Below, piece by piece: positions 38,457-45,530 of a DNA stretch of 45,530 nucleotides. This stretch comes from Patescibacteria group bacterium. Lineage in GTDB: Bacteria > Patescibacteriota > Microgenomatia > UBA1400 > PJMF01. The first letter of the stretch is position 1, and each line of letters begins with the position of its first letter. The stretch lies in assembly GCA_018813375.1 (NCBI GenBank), contig JAHJBU010000003.1:1-45530 (forward strand), in the 5' to 3' direction. The notes beneath the pieces are model-generated. The model worked only from the letters and a program-made list of their open reading frames with translations. It had not been told where the DNA came from and made no database searches. A program made the position numbers and the translations under genes.

Positions 38457-39169
38457 AGCGTGAACTAATTGTCTTTTTTAGCGTTTTATTAATCACAGGA
38501 GTGGTTGCTGTTACTAGTTTAGTGCCCTGGCCAATAATAAAAATCAATCACATTGAGTGTAAGCTGGATAATAATTCTTGCTCTAATGAATTAATAGACA
38601 AACTAAGTCTTCTCAGGGATAAATCCTTTTTATTTACTAACATCGAAAATCAAATTTTAAATCTTAATTTAGATTTTTATCAACTTAAAAACATTAAAAA
38701 AACATGGCCAGATAAAATTGAGCTTTTGTTTTCTAGTAAAGATAGCAGTTACATACTCAAACTAGAACCCAGTCAGCAAATAAACTTAGTAGCAGAAAAT
38801 GGACTGATTTATCCAGAAAAAAATAATGACTCAGTTGTTCAAATTACTCTTAAAAACTGGCCAGAAGCTATTACTGAAAATAAAATTAATCAAACCCTAC
38901 ATGGATTAATTACTAGTCTCATTAGGCAACTAAATGAATATGACATAAAAATTAATGAGATTATTATTCACGACCACAACCATATTGAAATCATTTTAAA
39001 TAATAAACTTATTGTTCTTGCGCAAGAATCTCAGCTAGATCAACAAATTGCCAAACTAGCAGTGATTCTAGAAAAACTCAATTTCTCTGAAATTGATCTA
39101 GATATCAAAGAGATTGATTTACGTTTTAAATTTCCAGTACTTCGTACTAATTTATCACCTTCATCATGA
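38453..39169 (+). CDS. FtsQ/DivIB-like cell division protein
   Basis: N-terminal TM, K.WPD.I POTRA-like motif, C-terminal IDLRF..PV; position between murG and ftsA. Confidence 0.7.
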   Translation: MKRELIVFFSVLLITGVVAVTSLVPWPIIKINHIECKLDNNSCSNELIDKLSLLRDKSFLFTNIENQILNLNLDFYQLKNIKKTWPDKIELLFSSKDSSYILKLEPSQQINLVAENGLIYPEKNNDSVVQITLKNWPEAITENKINQTLHGLITSLIRQLNEYDIKINEIIIHDHNHIEIILNNKLIVLAQESQLDQQIAKLAVILEKLNFSEIDLDIKEIDLRFKFPVLRTNLSPSS

Positions 39170-39190
39170 GTAGGGTATCCATAGATTTTA

Positions 39191-39213
39191 TGTAATTGGG
39201 TGTGTAATTGGGT
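39191..39213 (+). repeat. 11-nt direct repeat upstream of ftsA
   Basis: TGTAATTGGGT at 39191-39201 and 39203-39213. Confidence 0.8.
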
Positions 39214-39249
39214 AGTTAAAAAAGTAATAATTCTGCTATTATCAAATAT

Positions 39250-40560
39250 ATGCCTCGCTCCCAAGTGATTACCGCCATTGACCTAGGAACTGATAAATGC
39301 ACTACGCTTATTGCCACCCTAGATAAAGAAACAAATCAACTTCATGTTAAGGGAGTTTCCGCTGTTCCATCTCGTGGGGTTCGTAAAAGCCAGATAGTTG
39401 ATTTAGAAAAAGCTATCACAACCATGACTGAAAGCCTAGATGCTGCTGAAAGAATGGCTGGATTTGATGTAAAAAGCGCCTATGTTTCTGTTTCTGGAAC
39501 TCATATTAAATCACAAAACTCAAAGGGTGTAGTGGCTGTAGCTGCCCCTAACCAAGAAATTGTTTCCCAAGATGTGGAGCGAGTTATTGAAGCAGCCCGT
39601 GCCATTTCACTTCCTGCGGACAGATCTGTTATCCACGTCATTCCTCGTGATTTTAAAGTTGATTCACAAGAAGGCATTAAAGACCCAGTTGGCATGAATG
39701 GAGTAAGACTAGAGTCTGAAGCACACATCATAACTGGCATGACCACTGCTTTAAAAAACCTTGAAAAGTGTGTTCAAGATTTAGGGCTAAGCGTAGATGG
39801 CTTTGTGTTTTCCGGCTTATCAGCATCAGAGGTGGTGGTTTCAGAAACTGAGCGTGAATTAGGGGTAGTAGTCGTTGATATTGGAGCTGGATCAACATCA
39901 CTATGTGTCTTTGTAGAAGGCACTCTAGAACTATCTGCTTCACTACCAATTGGAGCACGTCACATCACTCAGGATATTGCATTAGGATGCAGAGTTAGTC
40001 TTGAAGCTGCTGAAAAAATAAAATTTGGTCTTACTAGTAACGATCCTAAAGAAATGAAGCCTCGACCAGGAGAAAACAAAGAAGAATTTACTAAGCGTAG
40101 AAAACTAGCTGATGTGATAGACCCAACAGAACTAGGAATCAATGATCCAATGGAAAATTTATCTAAGAAAAAAATTATTGAGGGCATCATGGTTCCACGC
40201 ATGAAAGAAATTTTTACTATGGTTGGTAAAAAACTTGAACACAAAAATCTAATTCCAGTTATCCCAGCTGGAGTGATTATTTCAGGTGGAGGCGCTGAAA
40301 CTGTAGGAATTCAAGAAATAGCCAGAAGAACTCTTAACTTACCTGCCAGGATTGGCATGCCTAAAGAAATAAAAGGCTTAACCATGGACATTCATAACCC
40401 TTCATTTGTAAATAGCATTGGACTTTTGGAATATGGTCGTCAGCGTGCTGGAAAATCATCTGCTAGATCTGGTATCCAACTTGGGTCATTTTTCAAATCT
40501 GTCTTTGGAAAAAAATTCAGTGAAGCTATTAGCTCATTCTTCAAATCACTCATGCCGTAG
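39250..40560 (+). CDS. ftsA: Cell division protein FtsA
   Basis: IDLGT.K, AERMAG, DPVGM.GVRLE, E.ELGV.VVDIGAG.T, G..HIT.DIA, AEKIK, GGGA. Confidence 0.96.
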   Translation: MPRSQVITAIDLGTDKCTTLIATLDKETNQLHVKGVSAVPSRGVRKSQIVDLEKAITTMTESLDAAERMAGFDVKSAYVSVSGTHIKSQNSKGVVAVAAPNQEIVSQDVERVIEAARAISLPADRSVIHVIPRDFKVDSQEGIKDPVGMNGVRLESEAHIITGMTTALKNLEKCVQDLGLSVDGFVFSGLSASEVVVSETERELGVVVVDIGAGSTSLCVFVEGTLELSASLPIGARHITQDIALGCRVSLEAAEKIKFGLTSNDPKEMKPRPGENKEEFTKRRKLADVIDPTELGINDPMENLSKKKIIEGIMVPRMKEIFTMVGKKLEHKNLIPVIPAGVIISGGGAETVGIQEIARRTLNLPARIGMPKEIKGLTMDIHNPSFVNSIGLLEYGRQRAGKSSARSGIQLGSFFKSVFGKKFSEAISSFFKSLMP

Positions 40561-40622
40561 CATATAATATATGATACACTTTGACTAATTTAAATTTGTA
40601 ACTAAAATCAAATTCAATACTT

Positions 40623-41879
40623 ATGGCTCTTGTTAAACCTTCTAATACTACTTTCGCTAAAATCAAAGTTTTGGGAGTGGGTGGTGGTGGAGGCAACGCA
40701 GTGAACTCAATGATTGACTCTGGTCAAATTGAAGGTGTTGAGTTTATCTCTATTAACACTGATGCTCAAGCCCTACTAACTTCTAAAGCTGAAACTAAAC
40801 TTCAAATTGGTCAAAACTTTACCAAAGGCCTTGGCTCTGGCGCTGATCCTGAAGTTGGCAGAGTAGCAGCTGATGAAAGCAAAGAAAAAATTAAAGACAT
40901 GCTTTTTGATTCAGATATGGTTTTTATTACTGCTGGCATGGGCGGTGGTACTGGCACTGGCGCATCTCCTGTAATCGCTGATATCGCCAAAGATGCTGGT
41001 GCATTGACTGTAGCTGTGGTGACCAAACCATTTGCGTTTGAAGGCGTTCATCGCATGAGAACTTCAGAAGAAGGAATTGAGGAATTGCGAGAGAAAGTTG
41101 ATACTCTAATAGTCATTCCCAATCAACGCCTAATGGAAGTAGTTGATAAAAAGATGACTTTACTTGATGCCTTTAGATTGGCTGATAATATCTTAGGCCA
41201 AGGTGTTCAAGGCATCTCAGACCTAATTACTGTACCTGGATTAATTAACGTTGACTTTGCTGATGTTAAAACCATTATGACAGAATCAGGATCTGCTCTA
41301 ATGGGCATTGGTGAAGCCAGTGGAGAAAACCGAGCTGCCACTGCTGCCAGAATGGCAATTTCTTCACCGCTTTTAGAAATCTCTATTGATGGAGCTAAGG
41401 GAATTCTTTACAACATTATTGGCGGTGAAGACATGACTATGAGTGAGGTTTCTGATGCTTCTGCCATTATTGCTAATGCTGCTGATGATGATGCTAATAT
41501 TATTTTTGGGGCTACTATTAATAAAAATATGGGTACTAATATTAAAATTAGTGTAATTGCAACTGGCTTTGATGGTTATCAATACAACACTCGTAATGTG
41601 TTTGGAGCCTACGGTCAACGGTCTCGAGATAAAATTCAAACAGAACCGGTAAAAGAAGTAGACTTGGTGCCTAAAATAGATCGAGCTCCGAGTGGCTGGA
41701 CTCAACCTCAAACTAACTCGCAAATCACTAACTCAAAACCATTTAGCAAAAAAAATAACCCTATAGATGATGCTGAAAATATAAAAAAGTCTGACACAGA
41801 TGACAAAAATGATATAATGGTAGAAGAGAACGAATTCGAAGATGAATTCGAAATTCCTGCATTTTTAAGGCAGAAGTAA
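40623..41879 (+). CDS. ftsZ: Cell division protein FtsZ
   Basis: [19 protein letters not shown] tubulin signature, INVDFADV, C-terminal IPAFLR. Confidence 0.98.
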   Translation: MALVKPSNTTFAKIKVLGVGGGGGNAVNSMIDSGQIEGVEFISINTDAQALLTSKAETKLQIGQNFTKGLGSGADPEVGRVAADESKEKIKDMLFDSDMVFITAGMGGGTGTGASPVIADIAKDAGALTVAVVTKPFAFEGVHRMRTSEEGIEELREKVDTLIVIPNQRLMEVVDKKMTLLDAFRLADNILGQGVQGISDLITVPGLINVDFADVKTIMTESGSALMGIGEASGENRAATAARMAISSPLLEISIDGAKGILYNIIGGEDMTMSEVSDASAIIANAADDDANIIFGATINKNMGTNIKISVIATGFDGYQYNTRNVFGAYGQRSRDKIQTEPVKEVDLVPKIDRAPSGWTQPQTNSQITNSKPFSKKNNPIDDAENIKKSDTDDKNDIMVEENEFEDEFEIPAFLRQK

Positions 41880-41891
41880 AAAGGAGGTTAA

Positions 41892-42101
41892 ATGCTTGAT
41901 AGAAGAATTCCAAAGGATAAAAGAGGTCTTAGTCCCATTGGCTATCGTGGATCAGGCAAAGAACAAAAAACCCATTACTATAGCGATATGCATCCTAATT
42001 ATTGGAATTTTCTAGGTCAAGCATGGCAGGCAGAAGCAAGTAGAGCACTAGAGGGAGCCTCTCCCGATAATGAAAACGAGCTATCACCTAGAAGAGAATA
42101 A
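41892..42101 (+). CDS. Small hypothetical protein (69 aa)
   Basis: Strong AAGGAGGT Shine-Dalgarno at 41881-41888 right after the ftsZ stop; no recognisable domain. Confidence 0.5.
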   Translation: MLDRRIPKDKRGLSPIGYRGSGKEQKTHYYSDMHPNYWNFLGQAWQAEASRALEGASPDNENELSPRRE

Positions 42102-42122
42102 TAATATTTTTAATTACTTATT

Positions 42123-42173
42123 TGTTAGCGCAAAGTAGAAACGTCCCTTTTTGTCCAAAGTAGAAATATCCCC
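42123..42173. mobile_element. Probable orphan terminal repeat of an IS1202/ISNCY-like insertion sequence
   Basis: TGT start followed by two copies of CAAAGTAGAAAnnTCCC (42131-42147, 42156-42172). This resembles, from memory, IS ends with TGT termini and iterated transposase-binding sites. No transposase in the window. Confidence 0.45.
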
Positions 42174-42316
42174 TTTCGGGTAATTTCAATTAATAGCCTA
42201 ATTTTTTCCTTTCTGTAATCAAAACAGGATGTTGTTAGAATCCTGTCTGGTTTAGGCAAAATAAGGTAGGTAGTTTCTCGAATAATTTGTTTATCTTAGC
42301 GTGACACTTTTAATTT

Positions 42317-42352
42317 TGATGATTTTACATCAAATATGATGAGATTGCATCA
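42317..42352. promoter_or_regulatory. Tandem palindromic site (TGATG-N6-CATCA)-N4-(TGATG-N6-CATCA), copy 2
   Basis: TGATGattttaCATCAaataTGATGagattgCATCA; a perfect TATAAT follows at 42379-42384. Confidence 0.6.
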
Positions 42353-42393
42353 AAACTAACCAGAGTAATTTTGGTGTATATAATTTGTTGGCT

Positions 42394-42485
42394 GGTAAGA
42401 TAATTACTTGCCTGGTGTATCCACTTAAGATACACCTACTTCCTGCACCCTTGGTAAATATATCTAAAGGATATGTTTTTCAAGG
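42394..42485 (+). ncRNA. Putative small structured RNA or ileS leader (three hairpins)
   Basis: Hairpins at 42394-42412, 42414-42436 and 42449-42485; G-U pairs favour the + strand; starts about 10 nt after TATAAT. Confidence 0.4.
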
Positions 42486-42733
42486 ACCACTAAGTCAATG
42501 ATAATAAAAACTGTTCTGAATTTGGAACTAAGGTTAAAAAAATAAATCTATCGAAATTGAGAAAGTTAGGAAATAAATAGTTTCAAACTCAGAGTATTTA
42601 ACCCCTCCTAACAAATTACCCAAAATCTGTAGGTGGGTCAGAAATTTCCCAATTTGTTAAAAAATCGTCTTTCATTTACAATAACAGTTATCTAAAGTCG
42701 CTCTAGCCTGGCTATAGTCAAGTAAGTTTTTTT

Positions 42734-45530
42734 ATGCCAAAAATTAAAGATTTAAATCAACAGCCAGACCTACCTCAATTAGAAGAGGAAATTCTTCAGT
42801 GGTGGCAAGACACCAAAGCCTTTGAAAAATCAATTGAAATGAGACCAGCTGATAAAGCTTATGTTTTTTATGATGGCCCACCCTTTGCCACCGGCCTACC
42901 TCACTACGGACATTTACTTGCCAGCACCACCAAAGACGTCATCCCACGCTACTGGACCATGAAAGGCTACCGCGTAGAACGCATCTGGGGTTGGGATTGC
43001 CATGGCTTACCGATTGAAAACTTAGTTGAAAAAGAACTTAATTTAAAAACCAAACAAGCCATTGAAACCTACGGAGTAGATAAATTTAATGAAGCCAGCA
43101 AAAATACCGTCCTTCGCTACGCCGATGATTGGAAAAAAATTATTCCTCGCATCGGTCGTTGGGTTGATATGGAAAATGACTATAAAACCATGGAACCAAA
43201 CTACATGGAAAGCCTGTGGTGGGTTTTCAAATCACTCTGGGAGAGAAAATTAATTTACCAAAGCTATAAATCAATGCATGTTTGCCCACGCTGTAACACA
43301 CCTCTGTCAAACTTTGAAGTTACCCTTGGATATAAAGATATTACTGATCAATCAGTAATAGTTAAGTTTCCCCTCAATAAAACTCAATTACTGACTGACT
43401 CCACTAAACCAGTTTTTATCTTAGCTTGGACAACTACACCCTGGACATTACCAGGAAATGCTCTTTTGGCCATAGATCCTAAATTAGACTACGTCTTATT
43501 TGAAAGCCAAAAATTAGATCAGCTTTATATTGTGGCTAAAAGTCGTTTAAATGAAATTGCCCCAGAGAGCAAAGTTGTTAAAAAATTTAAAGGAAAAGAA
43601 ATCATTAACTTAACCTATGAACCACTTTTCCCTTATTTTAAAAACACCAAGAATGCTTTTCGCATTGTGGCTGGAGATTTTATTAACACCAAGGAAGGGA
43701 CTGGAATTGTCCACATCGCTCCTGCTTTTGGCGAAGATGACTATCAACTAGGAGAAAAAGAAAACATTGAGCTGATTCAACATGTTACTATGGGCGGAAT
43801 ATTTGTTCCAGAAGTAACTGACTTTGCCGGAATGGATGTAAAACCCAAACATAATCATGATCAAGCTGATAAAGAAATCATTGAGTATTTGCAAAATAAA
43901 GATTTTTTATTTAGTCAAAAAACTATCGAGCACAGCTATCCTCATTGCTGGAGATGCGACACCCCATTACTGAATTACGCTACTGAAAGTTGGTTTGTCA
44001 AAGTAACTGCTATTAAAGATCAGTTGTTAGCTAATAATCAAAAAATAAACTGGATTCCTGACAATATTCAAAATGGTCGTTTTGGTAATTGGCTAGAAAA
44101 TGCCCGTGATTGGGCAATTTCTCGCAATCGATATTGGGGTACACCTCTTCCCGTTTGGCAAAGTGAGGATGGTGATACTATCTGCATTGGCAGCAAGCAA
44201 GAGCTAGAAAATCTTTCTGGACAAAAAGTGAGTGATCTTCATAAACATGTGGTCGATGAGATTACTTTTGAAAAAAATGGTAAAACCTATACTAGAATTC
44301 CAGAAGTTCTTGACTGTTGGTTTGAGTCTGGGGCAATGCCTTATGGTTCCGTTCACTATCCTTTTGAAAACAAAGCGAAATTTGAAGCTAACTTTCCAGC
44401 TGAGTTTATCTCAGAAGGAATCGATCAAACTAGGGGTTGGTTTTATACCCTTCACGTTTTAGCGACTGCATTAACCACTGGAGAAAACCCAGCTATTAAA
44501 ACTCTACAGAGCACTTCTTCTTTTAAAAATGTAATTGTTAATGGGGTGGTATTAGCGCAAGATGGTAAAAAAATGAGCAAGCGCTTGCAAAATTATCCTG
44601 ACCCAATGTCGATTGTAAACAAGTACGGCGTAGATAGTCTACGTCTTTATTTAATGAGCTCAACCGTCATGAAAAGTGAGAATCTTAGCTTTAACGAAAA
44701 AGAAGTGGCTGATATTCGTCGCAAAGTTTTTATAATTTGGTGGAATGTATTTAAATTCTTTAAAACCTTTGGCAATAAATCAATTGATGCCACTCAAGCT
44801 CCAACTGAACCTGATCATGTTATGGATAAATGGCTTTTAAGTAAAACTCAACATCTGATCCAAAACACTACTCAATACATGGATAACTACGATTTAATTA
44901 AAGCCAGCCGAATTTTAATGGAATTTGTAGATGAACTTTCAACTTGGTACCTACGCCTAAGTCGTGATCGTTTGAGAGCCAAGGACAATCAAGAAGCTAG
45001 CCACGTTTTTGGCTATACACTTTATACTTTAGCTCAACTAATGGCTCCCTTAGCACCATTTTTCCCCGAGTTAATCCATCATAATTTGATTGATGAAAGT
45101 ACTTCTATTCATCACACTAATTGGCCCCAAACCAATTTAAAATTAATGCATCCAACCCTAGAATCTAAAATGGCAACAGCTAAAGAGGTTGTTAATCAAG
45201 CCCGATTTTTAAGAAAAGACCAAGGAGTTAAACTCCGTCAACCGCTAACTAAACTCACGGTCACTGCCCCTGGAGAAAGACCACAAGACAACTTACTAAA
45301 AGTGATTGCTAAAGAATTAAACGTCAAAGAAGTTGATTGGAAAAGTGGAGAAGAACTAAAAGTCAAACTAAATTTCACTCTCACTGCAGAACTCAAGGCT
45401 GAAGGTGAAGCTAGAGAGCTAATGAGAGACATTCAAAAACTTCGTAAAAAAGCTGGTTTAAAACTTACAGCGCAAGTAAATGCACAAGTCCCAAGCTGGC
45501 CTATAGATTGGCAAAAAGAAATTGAAGCTA
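42734..45530 (+). CDS. ileS: Isoleucine--tRNA ligase, IleRS2 type (3'-truncated by window; absent from ORF track)
   Basis: Hand translation: MPKIKDLNQQPDLP...FYDGPPFATGLPHYGH, WGWDCHGLP, WTTTPWTLP, GTGIVH.AP, DWAISRNRYWG, DQTRGWFY, KKMSKR. The frame at the window end is consistent with this start. Confidence 0.96.
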   Translation, partial: MPKIKDLNQQPDLPQLEEEILQWWQDTKAFEKSIEMRPADKAYVFYDGPPFATGLPHYGHLLASTTKDVIPRYWTMKGYRVERIWGWDCHGLPIENLVEKELNLKTKQAIETYGVDKFNEASKNTVLRYADDWKKIIPRIGRWVDMENDYKTMEPNYMESLWWVFKSLWERKLIYQSYKSMHVCPRCNTPLSNFEVTLGYKDITDQSVIVKFPLNKTQLLTDSTKPVFILAWTTTPWTLPGNALLAIDPKLDYVLFESQKLDQLYIVAKSRLNEIAPESKVVKKFKGKEIINLTYEPLFPYFKNTKNAFRIVAGDFINTKEGTGIVHIAPAFGEDDYQLGEKENIELIQHVTMGGIFVPEVTDFAGMDVKPKHNHDQADKEIIEYLQNKDFLFSQKTIEHSYPHCWRCDTPLLNYATESWFVKVTAIKDQLLANNQKINWIPDNIQNGRFGNWLENARDWAISRNRYWGTPLPVWQSEDGDTICIGSKQELENLSGQKVSDLHKHVVDEITFEKNGKTYTRIPEVLDCWFESGAMPYGSVHYPFENKAKFEANFPAEFISEGIDQTRGWFYTLHVLATALTTGENPAIKTLQSTSSFKNVIVNGVVLAQDGKKMSKRLQNYPDPMSIVNKYGVDSLRLYLMSSTVMKSENLSFNEKEVADIRRKVFIIWWNVFKFFKTFGNKSIDATQAPTEPDHVMDKWLLSKTQHLIQNTTQYMDNYDLIKASRILMEFVDELSTWYLRLSRDRLRAKDNQEASHVFGYTLYTLAQLMAPLAPFFPELIHHNLIDESTSIHHTNWPQTNLKLMHPTLESKMATAKEVVNQARFLRKDQGVKLRQPLTKLTVTAPGERPQDNLLKVIAKELNVKEVDWKSGEELKVKLNFTLTAELKAEGEARELMRDIQKLRKKAGLKLTAQVNAQVPSWPIDWQKEIEA

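Noticed and set aside
4643..41723. Numerous short antisense or alternate-frame ORFs in the track (e.g. 4643-4894, 15585-15878, 29788-30117, 35697-36098, 41373-41723)
   Set aside because: All lie within or across well-supported genes and show no domain signal; expected shadow ORFs.
42125..42295. Minus-strand open frame of about 57 codons running into the IS-like end (possible transposase remnant)
   Set aside because: No ATG start and no recognisable transposase motif.
42500..42733. T-box riboswitch before ileS
   Set aside because: No GGTGGnACC-type T-box consensus or terminator/antiterminator pair found by eye.
44232..45432. ORFs 44232-44462 (+) and 45238-45432 (-)
   Set aside because: Both are nested in ileS, which the track missed because its stop lies outside the window.

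Overview
AT-rich bacterial chromosomal window with almost all genes on the + strand. The gene content and style (alpha2 GlyRS, IleRS2, DUF4012, many GT-C enzymes, few Shine-Dalgarno motifs) suggest Patescibacteria/CPR, probably Microgenomates (inference only). Bases 1-22.8 kb hold a cell-surface glycosylation locus (two O-antigen-ligase-like paralogues, GT2/GT4/GT39 enzymes, ManC, a priming sugar transferase, DUF4012) interrupted by ruvCAB. Then come recO, glyQS, a membrane-anchored hypothetical protein, a Panacea-type toxin-antitoxin pair, a dcw cluster (mraZ to ftsZ, without murD/murF/ddl) and an ileS that runs off the window end and is missing from the ORF track. The most unusual signals are non-coding: (i) a ~150-nt highly structured minus-strand RNA candidate at 2094-2250 with its own near-consensus sigma70 promoter; (ii) a double palindrome (TGATG-N6-CATCA)x2 present in both large intergenic regions, 40 kb apart; (iii) a second hairpin-rich RNA candidate and a probable orphan IS end upstream of ileS; (iv) repeated -10 boxes 6-8 nt before start codons, implying leaderless mRNAs.
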